From: Elsinoe ampelina
Taxonomy: Eukaryota
Assembly (NCBI GenBank): GCA_010093995.1
Contig: ML992512.1
Span: forward strand, 281,736 to 345,735
Direction of reading: 5' to 3'
Length of the DNA stretch: 64,000 nt
The notes beneath the pieces were generated by a model. It saw nothing but the letters and a program-made list of their open reading frames with translations. It ran no database searches and was not told the DNA's origin. Position 1 is the stretch's first letter. Each line of letters begins with the position of its first letter. Positions 1 to 11,757 of the stretch are shown one piece after another. A program made the position numbers and the translations under genes.

Positions 1-310
1 CGAGCATTTTTACTAATCTAGATATAATAATAGTAATTAGCTAAAGGCCTATTAATTTAATTAATATAATTAGCTTATTTAAGCTATTTAAGCTATTTAA
101 TTAAAGGGTTAATGCGGGCTACTATAAGTGTTTGTCTTAATATAGCTAGTCTAGAATTTAGTGTAGGCGGCTTAGTAATCCTTTTAATAATAACACGCTT
201 AATTTGCTATAGCTTTAAGTGCTTTTAGAGAAGCGCCGGGCTTATAACCTGTTATAACTAGCAAATCGGATCGAGAGATATATATTTTATTCAGAGAGTT
301 ACAATAACCG
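1..310. repeat. AT-rich, RIP-like degenerate repeat/transposon remnant (runs off window start)
   Basis: Abruptly AT-rich, with many TpA and few CpA/TpG (tagtaattagcta, ttaatataattagc) compared with the rest of the window. No ORF. Element family not identifiable. Confidence 0.65.
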
Positions 311-1380
311 ATTTATCTACTGTGCGTGCGCTGACTCATCAGTGCCAGTTCTTCAGTACCAGAGAAGCTGTACCAGCCTTCCATTACAACAGAGGCGACC
401 GGCGAGCTGACAGTCCGTGCACACCACCGCGGCAAGCGGCGGCTTTTGCCTGATCGCCGAACGACACCTCCCTTCGCGTGCATTTCTCATGAACGACTCC
501 TGGGTCCATCGGAAAAAAAGCATCTCCCCATGATATGTAACAACCTCCAGCCTCCTACCGTCTCTTGGAACTCTCCGCCCCACGATGAGCAAGAAATCAC
601 CAAGCATGGAAAAGTGAATCTTGTTCACATGTGCCGACAGCATCTCTCCCGTCATTGATTGTGGTCAATTGCATACCTCGTCTCCGGAAATGGCGAGCTC
701 GGCTGGAGAAGAGACGGCACAGCATTCCCGTCTCTGTCCTTGGCGCTCCTACACCTGGCGGTGGCAGAGGAGTCCGTGGCACTCTTTCCACCGCGGAAAG
801 TCTTGGAACGGCAAAAGTTACGTCAGATAGTTCTGTTGTCCTCTGATTAGGCTCAGCTCAGCGTCTTGGCCCCGGGTGTGGGTGGTCACCCGCCAAGCAC
901 CGCATCGAATCTTCTTCGAAGGCGTGAAGCGAACGCAACCAGCCAAACCAACCAATTGTGAGTCAGGATGACCATCCTGCCGAACGTCCTCCGATGCACG
1001 GCCAACCTGCATCTCTTGGTATGGCCCCGCGACAAGAAACCGACGATATGCTTTGGTCGTCCCGCGAATGCTGATTTGCGGACGTCACTTGCCAAGCAAG
1101 TAAACGTTTGACCCAAGCCTGAGCATGCAGTCAGTATTGAGATGGTTTGAGAGAAAGCGTACAAGCAGAAAAGAAGGCACGGCTCGGTAACTGCTCTGTA
1201 TATAACAGACGTCCCGCCCCTCCTCTGTCACGTTCACAATGCGGTAAGGTTGAAATCATACCTACATTCCTGAGCTATCACAAAGCATACCCTCGCTACA
1301 GAATACTACTACATTCCTTCATTGAATCCCTTTTTCGTGCATGACGACCTACTTCATCTATACCAGCTTTGGGATTCACG

Positions 1381-4300
1381 ATGCTGGGTAAGAAGCAGGA
1401 CACATCGTCCGCACCTAAGACGACTTACCCTCAACACCCATTCACAACACCAATCGACCAGATCATAGATCACCTCGGTACCAACACGAACAATGGTCTC
1501 AGCAAAGATGCCATCGAAAAAGCACGAGCCCAGTATGGCGAGAACAAGCTCAGCGGTCAGGAAGGTGTACAGTGGTACGCCGTACTGGCGAAGCAAGCAT
1601 CCAACGCCATGATCCTGGTCCTGATATTCGCCATGGCTCTGTCTTATGGCGTCCAGGATTGGATCGAAGGAGGTGTCATCACTGCTGTCATCATTATCAA
1701 CGTGACGATTGGATTCTTCCAAGAGTTCAAGGCGGAAAAGAAGATGGATGGCTTGCGAGCTCTCTCCTCGCCTTCTGCCACCGTACTCCGCGATGGTGAA
1801 GTTGACACCATCCCTTCTGCCGAGGTTGTTCCTGGCGACATTGTTCAGATCAAGACCGGCGACACCATTCCCGCCGATCTGCGCATGTTCGAGACCATGA
1901 ATCTGGAGTGCGACGAGAAGATTCTCACTGGTGAAGCTATCCCTGTCGCCAAAGACTATAAATTCGACACAGAAGGCATGGATGAGCTTCAGACTGGTAT
2001 CGGCGACCGCCTCAACATGGCTTACTCTTCTTCGACCGTCACAAAGGGCCGCGGTCGTGGCGTTGTCGTATTTACCGGCATGGAGACCGAAATTGGCAAG
2101 ATTGCTGCATCTATGCAGGGCAAATCACGCAAGCCCAACAGGTCCATGTCTCGGAAGAAGCATGGCCCTCTACAACCCGTAAAGGGCGCTGGTCTTCGCA
2201 GCTACGATGCTATCGCTAAGTTCCTTGGTCTCACTCATGGCACACCTCTCCAAATCAAGTTGAACAAGCTCGCCTATGTCTTGTTCGGCTCTGCAATCCT
2301 CCTCGCCATCATCGTTTTCGGCGTCAACCGCTTCAACGTGACCACTGAAGTCGCCATCTACGCCATTTCGACTGGTATCGCCATCATCCCCGAATCACTC
2401 ATTGCCGTTCTTACCATTACCTTTGTGGTAGGCATGACCCAGATGAGGAAACGCAAGGTGGTAACCCGCCAGCTCTCTGCGCTTGAAGCCCTTGGCGGCA
2501 TCACCAACATCTGCTCCGACAAGACTGGCACACTCACACAAGGTCAAATGATTACACGCAAGGCTTGGATTCCCGGAGTCGGAATCTACACTGTGCAGAA
2601 CGCAGACGACGCTGCAGACCCCTCGAAAGGCAGAATTACTCTCGGTACTGCTAAATCCAAGGCCGAAGCTGAACAGGAACAGAATCAGCGCGAGGAAGAG
2701 CTCGACAAAGCTCGATCAGGCGCTGCCCTCAAGTTTGACATCCCTGACGAGAAGGATCCTGGTCGTGACTCTTCGCCGAAGCCAACGGGCGTCGACGTAG
2801 ATGTCGACACAAAGGATCTCCCAGACGGCATGAATGCCTTCCTCGACTCTGCTGCTCTTTGCAATCTCGCTACAGTCCGCTTCAACGACAAGGAGAGCAA
2901 GTGGCAAACCACTGGTGACCCTACCGAGATTGCGCTCCAGGTCTTCACTCATCGCTTCCAGCACGGCAAATCCCATCTCGAATCTGCTGGCTGGGAACAA
3001 GTCACCGAGTACCCCTTCGACAGTACTGTCAAGCGTATGACAGTAGCGTACAAGAGCCAGGGAGCTGGGAATACCGGCGATGAATACCTCGTCTTCACAA
3101 AGGGCGCAGTAGAGCGCGTGCTTGATCTGTGCATGTTTTTCGGTCACGGCGAGAACGAGTCACCACTCGACGACGCTGGAAAAGAGGCAATTCTCGAACA
3201 GATGACGCTTCTTGCAGACCAGGGACTAAGAGTACTGGCTATTGCCCGCCGCTCATGGACCACCAGCGAAATATCTGAGCGCGACACACCTAAGCGTGAG
3301 GACATTGAGAAGGATTTGACCTTACTCGGACTTGCCGGGTTGTACGATCCACCACGGCTTGAGACGAAGGACGCTGTCCGCGAGTGTACCACTGCCGGAA
3401 TTCGTGTTCACATGCTTACGGGTGACCATCCCGGGACTGCCTCTGCGATCGCCAAGGAGGTTGGTATTATTCCTCGCAACCTCGGAATACTGCCAAAAGA
3501 TGTTGCAGACTCTCTCGTCAAGACTGCAGCTGAATTTGATGGCATGACCGACGACGAGATCGACAAGCTACCTGAGCTACCTCTTGTCATCGCCAGATGT
3601 GCACCAAACACCAAGACCCGCATGATTGCCGCTCTCCACCGACGTGGACGATACGCCGCTATGACAGGTGACGGCGTCAACGATGCCCCCTCACTCAAAG
3701 CCGCCGACGTCGGTATCGCCATGGGTCTCTCCGGCAGTGACGTCGCTAAAGGAGCATCCGACATTGTCCTCACCGACGACAACTTCGCAAACATTGTCTC
3801 AGCAATCGAAGAAGGCCGCCGGATGTTCGACAACATCCAGAAATTCGTCCTCCACCTCCTCATCTCCAATGTCGCCGAGGTCCTCCTCCTCATCTGCGGT
3901 CTCGGCTTCCAAGACCGCACCGGCTTCTCCGTCTTCCCCCTCTCACCGCTTCAAATCATCTGGATCAACATGCTCACGTCCTCCTTCCCAGCCTTCGGTC
4001 TCGGCCGCGAAAAAGCCGCTTACAACGTCATGAAGCGACCGCCCCAAGACACCAAAAAGGGCGTCTTCACGTGGCAGATCATCGTCGACATGCTCATCTA
4101 CGGCACTATCATGGGGATGCTCTGCCTCGCCACCTTCGTCATCGTCGTGTACGAGTCCAACCCCAACTTCCATCCCGACGGGCCTCTGGGACTCAATTGC
4201 AACCGCGGCTACTCCGGGGGATGCGAGAAGGTGTTCCGCGCCCGCGCCACCGTCTTTGCGCTACTGACATGGTGCATCCTCTTCTCCGCATGGGAAATCA

Positions 4301-4776
4301 AGTCGCTCCGGCGATCGCTGCTCCGTCTAGACCCCTTCTCGGAGAAGAAATTCACCATGTTCCACGACCTCTGGGAGAATCAATTCCTCTTCTGGGCCGT
4401 GGTGGTGGCGTTCTGCTCCGTCTTCCCGGCCGTGTACATCCCTGGCCTGAACAGGTCGTTCTTCAAGCATACTGGTATCGGCTGGGAATGGGCCGTGGCG
4501 TTGGGGTTCACGATCGTGTTCATCTTTGGCATGGAGAGCTGGAAGTTGACGAAGCGCGCGATGGGCTGGTTCGCGGACAGTGATGATGAGAAGCAGGGGG
4601 CGAGGTTCGCGGCGTTGGATCTCAAGCAGGGCTTCTTCACGATGGCGAGGACGATGAGTAGGGATCGGGTGAGTTTTAGTAAGGCGCGGAGGACGAATAG
4701 TGGGTTCTCCAGGGAGACGACGCAGGCGAAGCAGGAGAACGGGGTGCCGAATGGGGATGCGGCGGAGAAGGTGTGA
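1381..4776 (+). CDS. ENA1: P-type ATPase, type IID (ENA Na+/K+ efflux ATPase)
   Basis: Intronless ~1130-aa ORF with first ATG at 1381. Motifs LTGE, CSDKTGTLTQG, KGAVE, MLTGD, MTGDGVNDAPSLK. The TM4 segment IAIIPESL is ENA-type. Confidence 0.93.
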   Translation: MLGKKQDTSSAPKTTYPQHPFTTPIDQIIDHLGTNTNNGLSKDAIEKARAQYGENKLSGQEGVQWYAVLAKQASNAMILVLIFAMALSYGVQDWIEGGVITAVIIINVTIGFFQEFKAEKKMDGLRALSSPSATVLRDGEVDTIPSAEVVPGDIVQIKTGDTIPADLRMFETMNLECDEKILTGEAIPVAKDYKFDTEGMDELQTGIGDRLNMAYSSSTVTKGRGRGVVVFTGMETEIGKIAASMQGKSRKPNRSMSRKKHGPLQPVKGAGLRSYDAIAKFLGLTHGTPLQIKLNKLAYVLFGSAILLAIIVFGVNRFNVTTEVAIYAISTGIAIIPESLIAVLTITFVVGMTQMRKRKVVTRQLSALEALGGITNICSDKTGTLTQGQMITRKAWIPGVGIYTVQNADDAADPSKGRITLGTAKSKAEAEQEQNQREEELDKARSGAALKFDIPDEKDPGRDSSPKPTGVDVDVDTKDLPDGMNAFLDSAALCNLATVRFNDKESKWQTTGDPTEIALQVFTHRFQHGKSHLESAGWEQVTEYPFDSTVKRMTVAYKSQGAGNTGDEYLVFTKGAVERVLDLCMFFGHGENESPLDDAGKEAILEQMTLLADQGLRVLAIARRSWTTSEISERDTPKREDIEKDLTLLGLAGLYDPPRLETKDAVRECTTAGIRVHMLTGDHPGTASAIAKEVGIIPRNLGILPKDVADSLVKTAAEFDGMTDDEIDKLPELPLVIARCAPNTKTRMIAALHRRGRYAAMTGDGVNDAPSLKAADVGIAMGLSGSDVAKGASDIVLTDDNFANIVSAIEEGRRMFDNIQKFVLHLLISNVAEVLLLICGLGFQDRTGFSVFPLSPLQIIWINMLTSSFPAFGLGREKAAYNVMKRPPQDTKKGVFTWQIIVDMLIYGTIMGMLCLATFVIVVYESNPNFHPDGPLGLNCNRGYSGGCEKVFRARATVFALLTWCILFSAWEIKSLRRSLLRLDPFSEKKFTMFHDLWENQFLFWAVVVAFCSVFPAVYIPGLNRSFFKHTGIGWEWAVALGFTIVFIFGMESWKLTKRAMGWFADSDDEKQGARFAALDLKQGFFTMARTMSRDRVSFSKARRTNSGFSRETTQAKQENGVPNGDAAEKV

Positions 4777-4888
4777 TGAGGTTGTGAGCATGAGTTTCGT
4801 TTGCGCAGTAGAATATACCACGGCGACTGCCACAGTCAGAACGATCACGAGCCCATCCCAATGTTCCCTCCTCCCCTGTCCATACCCC

Positions 4889-5341
4889 TCAATAAATAGG
4901 CAACCTCTCCTCCTCCCCCTTGTCCGGATCCAGATGTATCCTCTCCCACAACGCCACAATCTCCAACACATCCTCTGCCCTCACCACCGCCCCAAAAACG
5001 CCCCCCTCACTCCTCACCGTCTCCAACGTCGCCTCATGCAGCTTGACGTCCACACTCGCACACCCATCCTCGACGACCGCGACTTCGAACCCGCGATCCA
5101 CCGCCTCCCTCACCGTCGTGCTGACGCACACATCCGTCGTCACGCCCGCCACGACCAGGTTCTTGATGCCCCTGTTGCGGAGGAGCAGCTCGAAGTCCGT
5201 GTGCGCGAAGGCCCCTTTGCCGGGTTTGTCGATGATGGGTTCGCCGTCGAGAGGGTGGAGGGAGGGGATGATGTCGTGGCCTGCGCCGCCGCGGACGAGG
5301 AGGCGGCCGCCGAGGGGCGAGGGGGAGCCGATGCCGGTGCT

Positions 5342-5404
<63 letters not shown>

Positions 5405-5867
5405 TGCGGGGGGCGGGTATAGGGCGGGGCAGGGGGGAGAGGGGAGAGGCAGGGCGGGATTGAGTAGGGGTCTGGTGTGAAGAAGCGGAATCGATCGAGG
5501 ATCGTGGTGGGATGGGGAGATTCCAGGGAAGGGAAAGGGGGGGGGGACAAAATGATGACGAGATGAGAAATCGTGAATAGGGAAGGATAGTGGAAGGGAT
5601 TGACTCACCTTCGCGTGTGTGGTATACTTGCCATCCCCCACGGAAAGCTTGAAGGAGACGTTGTACGGTAGGAATGATGGCCTGGGTAGTGGTGAGGTCG
5701 TAGCCTTGCTGTGATAGATAGCCGCCTGGTGACAAGAAGTCGTTCTGCATGTCAATGATCACCAGTGCGGTCGTGTCCCGAGAGAAGGAGCTGTCGTGTG
5801 GCCAGCCATAGGGGGCGGCGCGAACGATGCGCAGGTCGGGCACAGTCGGGCGGTCGTCGAAAGTCAT
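4889..5867 (-). CDS. Isochorismatase-family cysteine hydrolase (biuret/guanylurea hydrolase-like); middle disrupted by a poly-G run
   Basis: Exon 1 has IIDMQNDF and YHTREG, then donor GTGAGT at 5608. The downstream frame has GRLLVRG, IIDKPGKGAF, GVTTDVCVSTT, REAVDRG, SEGGVFG, giving an Asp-Lys-Cys triad. Confidence 0.85.
5342..5403. repeat. 62-nt G homopolymer
   Basis: Directly visible. Confidence 0.95.
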
Positions 5868-6272
5868 GGCGAGATGTGATGCCTGGGTGTATGACAGTCC
5901 GCCGAGACGCTACCTGGGGGAATGCCGGATTTCTTTAATGATGGAATTCGCTAGTTCTTAGCGAGCACTGCAAATCGCGCTACACAAGACGTGTGGAACC
6001 TGGGCCGGATTGGCAAGGCCCCTGCAACAGACAGGAAGGAAGCTGGTAGGTGAAGGCGAAGTCGACCGGTCATGGTGGGGCTGACGATAGGCAGCAGTGG
6101 GACTCATAGTTGGGTGCTTATGGACAAGTGACAAGTGGCTAGATGGATCTCTGCTAGAGATATGTTCAGCTGAAAGGATCCAGAGAGTCACACGAGGAAA
6201 CCCGAGCGTTCATAGGCGTGGCATCTACTCCCATCCACGATCACTTGTACACAATCAGTTTCGCTGAACACA

Positions 6273-7532
6273 ATGCCCGTCACCCTCAACATCGCTAGCC
6301 ATGGCGCGGAAGCCTTCAAATCGTACTTTGTTCACACGGCGGAAGAGCTATTCGCAGGATCATGCGAGCGATACCAGACCAACAGCAGCGGTCTGATACA
6401 GACTTCCGTTTCCCAAAGTTTCCTGGACCACAACAACGTCTCGTCGAGCACGAATGGATTCGTGTGGGCCGCCTTCCAAGCATACAGTAACCATCATCAT
6501 CTTGTCATCAGGCCCGAAGACGTGTGGTTCGCTATCTTGTCTCAGCTCTGCTTCTACATCAACGCCCATGCTGAAGAACTTCGGCACATCTTTGTCTCCC
6601 ACGAAGGCCGGAAGGAAGTAGAGGTAAAGGCCTTCGGCACTATTAACACGGTCGATCTTGGAGACCTTGCTTTCAGAATGGGCGAAGCACTGGAGACACT
6701 CGTGAAAGATCCAGAGCTTCGATCGTGGATGATGCCGTCCTTTACTACCACAACAGACACTGACCGGATTGTGGCGTCAATACTGATGATGGGCTCTCTG
6801 CAAAAGTACTTTTCATACCTGTTCACGCTGACCTGCGGTATCCCATCCGTAACACTTCTTGGAGAACGCGAATATTGGGAAAAAATCTTGAGAAGACTGG
6901 ACAAGTTACCCACGTTTGGGACCGAGCCGGAGCGCTTCGGCACACTGCTGCGGCCAGTGTTAAAGAGGTTCGTTGCGTCGTTCGACGCCGAGCCTTCTGT
7001 GGACGTGCATGATTTTTGGACCAAGATTGCGCACATGACTGGTGGTAGTGGACCTTACTATCTGTCCGGGTGGCTCACGGCCTTTTGCTTCTGGGACAAT
7101 GATGGGAATCTTCTCTATCGAGACCCACAACGTCCAGTGTCCCACAGAGAATTCGAAGGCAGTCTTGCAGGCTGTGAGCTGGACCACACTTTGTATCATC
7201 GCATCGACACCGACCAAGTGCCCTCGGGATACGCGGCCGTCCCGGTCACAGTGAATGACAACGGCCAGATCCATCGCACTGAAATGGTGGCTGGGTCGCT
7301 GGGAATCCTCGCAACGAGCGGTTGTAATGATGCGATCCAAGGTGACTCGTCGCGGAAGGGCGATACTCTCGATACCTTACAATCGCTTTCCGGCTGGCTA
7401 ATGTACAAGGTCGAGAACACCGACGCGGGCCAGGCAGGCACTGGCGGGCCAGATAGTGATACTGTCGGTCCCAACGACTCCAATGAGATGGATATTGACA
7501 TCGAGCCTTCAACTATGAGAGACGAGCTGTGA
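6273..7532 (+). CDS. DUF4419 family protein
   Basis: Motifs AYSNHHHLVIRPEDVWFAILSQ, PSFTTTT, CGIPSVTLLG, SGWLTAF. Confidence 0.85.
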   Translation: MPVTLNIASHGAEAFKSYFVHTAEELFAGSCERYQTNSSGLIQTSVSQSFLDHNNVSSSTNGFVWAAFQAYSNHHHLVIRPEDVWFAILSQLCFYINAHAEELRHIFVSHEGRKEVEVKAFGTINTVDLGDLAFRMGEALETLVKDPELRSWMMPSFTTTTDTDRIVASILMMGSLQKYFSYLFTLTCGIPSVTLLGEREYWEKILRRLDKLPTFGTEPERFGTLLRPVLKRFVASFDAEPSVDVHDFWTKIAHMTGGSGPYYLSGWLTAFCFWDNDGNLLYRDPQRPVSHREFEGSLAGCELDHTLYHRIDTDQVPSGYAAVPVTVNDNGQIHRTEMVAGSLGILATSGCNDAIQGDSSRKGDTLDTLQSLSGWLMYKVENTDAGQAGTGGPDSDTVGPNDSNEMDIDIEPSTMRDEL

Positions 7533-8136
7533 GATGATGATGGAGTAATATAGTCTTGATGGATACCGTATAGAGTCGACATTGATGAAGGTCGATGAGA
7601 TTGGTTCCCGTGACGTGAAAGTTTGCCCGCACCCAAATCAAGCCTGTATCCACTTCTTTCCGAAGCCGAAGCCGTCCCGATCATTTCTGGGGAAAGGGAA
7701 AGCAGATCGCCTCATCTTACTCCTCCATCAGCGGAGTATTCCAAGAGAGCGACTTCTCGAGATCGCGAAAATGGAGAAAGGAAACATGGGATTGAGTGAG
7801 TCTCTTTCTGCTTTTCCCCGTCTCAGTCACATCTGCCCCTCCATCACATGATACGCCAAGAAATGCCATGCCCGCTACTCGGCGACAAGCTTTTGGGCGG
7901 AGCAGCGCCCACCAGCCTGTGTCACTGCGACGGTCATCTCACTCGCTCACAGGGCGGGACGGGTCACTGACGCTGCAAACACTGCATCATGGCCGCGCAA
8001 TAGACAATTTCACCGACATCACTTACACCGACTCGTCCCTCGCTCACTTCACGACCCCGCAGTCTGCCCCACTGCTCACGACAGGAACGTTTCCGGTCGT
8101 TGAAGCTGCGCGCATTGCTTGTCAACACAGCTAATC

Positions 8137-10144
8137 ATGTCTCTCGGATTAGGTCATGCCCTTGCGGAAGAAGCGAAAGAGCTGCGTCTAGAGGACGAAA
8201 AGAGGAGGAAAGAGGCAAAAGCGAGTAGAGCAGCACGACATGGCAGTATAGCAGGTGTCAATTCCGGCATAACCTTTCCTCCTGCCCCCGAAAAGTCGTC
8301 GGCAGTTGAGTCGCCAGAGCTAGCAGCGAAGGAGCCTGTCACGCCTCGTGGGCCTCCAGAGTCAGCAGAGACATTCGCCCACCGTCGCAAGGCTTCGCAG
8401 GAAACCAGACCGCGAGAGCGAGCTCTGGCAGCTGTCTTCTCTGGCAAGAAGATCAGCCTTCCAGGTGACCTCGGACCTGGTGATCCACGACGACTTCCTT
8501 CTCCAGCTCCCAAACGCCTACCAGGTGATCTGGGTCCGAACGATCCTCGCAGAGCTGCGTCACCAGCGGCTAGCAAGTCACAATCGCCATCCCGCCGGAG
8601 AAGAGAAGGAGATACTGGATCGCCAAAGTCTGGGAGACCGAGAAGATCAAGCGATGGAGCACTCCTTCGTCCTAAGAAGAAGCGGGAATCTTCCGACCCA
8701 GACGGACAGCGATTGCCGAAGGACAAGGACAACGAGAGCTCATCTTCCGAAGAAGCCAGCTCGGGAGAGTCAGACGACGAGCGTGGACGAGGCAGGGAGC
8801 GATCGTCACGCAACAATAGCGTCGTGGAAGACAGCGAAGACAGCGACATCGATCAACGCCGAACTACCTCCTTCTCCCCCAGCGGCGCCCCTCGCAGTCC
8901 AAGCATAACAGTCACCCCTCCCTCAGCCGGCGGCGAAGGCGGCGGGAGAAAGAAGAAAGTCCACCCTCACTCCGCCTACGACCACTCCGCCAAATCAACC
9001 CCCCGCAATAGCGATGACGAAGAGCACATCTCCGACTTCCGCCGCGCCCAAAAACTCGCCCTCACCATGTCCCCGATCCACTCGACGCCCAGCGCCCACC
9101 GCGTCATTCGACAAATCATCCGCGGCGACTACACTCATTTCCAGCGCGAAGCCGAGGAAGGCCGTCGCCGCCAACGCGTCTACCTCGTCGCCACCGACCT
9201 CTCACCCGAAGCCGAGTACGCGCTCGAATGGACCATCGGCACTGTACTGCGCGACGGCGACACACTTCTCGCTGTATACGCTGTGGACGAAGAAGGACTG
9301 GGCGAAGCAGGCGTTGAGATTGGTCACGGCGCGGACGTGGTCAAGGACACGGCAAGGATTGTGGGGAGCCTGCCCGGCGAGAGGGTTGCGCAGAGCCCGG
9401 CGCCGAGTCCATTGAGTAAGCTCGGTGAGGGCCGGAACCGGAGCGGGAGCAGAGTGGGTGAGCCGAAGGGCAGGGCGGAGTCGGAGCGGTACAAGGCTGC
9501 AGAGGATATCAGTGGGAGAGTGGTGAAGTTGTTGCGCAAGACGAGACTGCAGATCCGGGTTGTGGTGGAGGTGTTTCATTGCAAGAGTCCGAGGCACATG
9601 TTGACTGAGGTGGTATGTTCCTCCCGTCCCCTCTTCCTAACCCGTTAATCGGTGTACAGCGACTAATGCACACAGATCGACTTCCTCTCCCCAACGATGA
9701 CCATCCTCGGCTCCCGCGGCCGGTCCGCCCTCAAAGGCGTCCTCCTCGGCTCGTTCAGCAATTACATCGTCAACAAATCCAGCGTGCCCGTCATGGTCGC
9801 GCGGAAACGGTACGTCCTTACCTCTATCCCCTTACCTTCCCCTACCTTCATTCCTCAGTCTCCCCATCTACCCTCCCTTCCATCTCCCTGCACCCTTCTC
9901 ATCCCTCTTGCATCCCTGCACCCTGCACCCCCCCGTGCCCTCCCGCGAGCTTCGTACCCGTGCCAACCCGCTGACTCGTTCCAGGTTACGCAAACACACC
10001 AAACAAAAGCTGCACAAGGACGGGCTGCCCGTTGCCGGCGCCACGGACGGCAGGATGCGTTTGGGGAGGATGAGCAATGTGCTCGAAGCGCCGGGGGGTC
10101 CGGGGAGGAGGATAAATCGGTTGTCGGTCGCGAAGGTGGACTGA
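8137..10144 (+). CDS. Universal stress protein (Usp) domain protein with long disordered N-terminus
   Basis: Motifs YLVATDLSPEAEYALEWTIG and ILGSRGRSALKGVLLGSFSNYIV. Introns 9613-9675 and 9810-9984 keep the frame. Confidence 0.88.
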
Positions 10145-10596
10145 ATTCTTTGTCCTGGTTTTCTGGTGCGGGGGAGCGATGTTTGTCTGGGAACGAGGTG
10201 CGCGAGAGGCCGTGTCGGGACGGATTTGGCTGAGGCCGGCGATGTGGCGATGTGGTACGAGGGGGTTGCTGCGCAGGGAAGGGCATGCGGGAGTGCAGAG
10301 ACGGTTGGGGATTGTTTTGGCGCAGGAGTGCAGTGACGAGCACAAGGCGACGTGAGGCAGTCAGCTGTGTGACGTGAGAAGCGAAGAGTAAGCGATGGGG
10401 TCAAGGCATAGAAGGGTCTTTCGGGTCAGGTGTTTCAGTACTGACGAGCATCACGAGCATGACGGTTCACGATAGGGAGCGCACAGAATTCACATCTACC
10501 ATCTCATTGCGAGTGCCGTTTCTCTAGTTGATCTGACAGTATGGTACTGCTCCTCCTGTGAACGAAGCGCCTTTCCCTTTCTTTGGTATGAACCGT

Positions 10597-11757
10597 CTAC
10601 CTCCTCCTACCACCCCTCTGCCCAAACCCAAGGTTACTCCTCGCCGTCGTCGCCACCTTATGCACACCCGTCCTCCTTTCCCAAAGCGCACTCTTCCCCT
10701 CCACAACAGCTATGATCTCATCCGCGACTCGGCGCGAGAAGTCCCACTTGCCTGTGCCCTTGTTTGGTTTCTTGCTTGCTGAGTCCAGGATCCATTTGAA
10801 TGCTTGTCTGCGTCGTTGTCGCACTGTGAGAGGCACAGGGATCTGCAGGGCTGCACCACCGCCTGCTGCGCCGCGCTGGGAGCGGATGCGCATGAGGGGA
10901 GCGAGGGAGTCGAGGGCGAGGGTGAGGTAGAGGACGGGGTGGAGGGGCAGGTGAGCTGCTGGTGCTGAAGGAGATTAGTCAATTGGAACGGTGGAAGGGA
11001 TGTGAGGAGGCTTACGAGCGCCGGGCATGAGTGGGCGTTGGGGGCTGTAGGTTGGTGGTGGGGAGGTCCGTAGGAATTGTAGGATATTGCTCATATTGCG
11101 CTGGGCTTTGGCTTTCTCGCCGTGTCGCATCATGAGGTTGGTGACCTGGTCTACAACCGGGTCGTACCGGTAATCTTTATGGTTTCTGGCCGGAATGGGT
11201 AGGTCTGGAAGGCCAAATTTGACGCCTTCCTCGGTGAGAGATGAGTCTTGCGCGAGGTTGAAGTGGGTGAGGTCCTCGACGGGTGCTTGGCTTGTTTGGA
11301 GAAAGTCTGGTGGAGGAAGTTCCGGCTCGCCCTGGTGCATCTGCATATCTTGTTGTCTTCGAGCGTATGTGCTGAATGGTCTGCTCTGTGGCTTCGGTGG
11401 CGACTGTTTCGACTTGATACTGTCTTTGAGCACTTGGGGGGCATCCTTCTGAGCTTCCTTGTCCTCCTTCAAGATGTCCTGGACGGGTGTGCCTTGCTCG
11501 AGATCTGGTCCCTCTCCACCGGTCATCTTGGCCATCTTCGCCGCTTCTTCGCTGACATGTTCCTGCTGTTTCATGTTGGGGCCGACAGCGCCTTCTTCTT
11601 CGGCCACGGGCAGGTCATGATTGGTCTTGCGATCCGAGGCATAACGAACTGCTGGCGATGTCCGGACGAAAGAGGACGATATTTGGGTCGTCTTTGGCCT
11701 CAAAGCGAGTCGACTGCTGGCCGAAAAAAGGTACAGGCGTGGCGCAATTCCAGACAT
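10597..11757 (-). CDS. RSM7: Mitochondrial ribosomal protein uS7m
   Basis: Arg/Ser-rich presequence; NLMMRHGEKAKAQ, QIPVPLTVRQRRRQAFKWI, VHKVATTARSN. Intron 11015-10965. Confidence 0.9.

Noticed and set aside
4700..5550. Poly-Pro/poly-Gly ORFs
   Set aside because: Products of translating the G homopolymer
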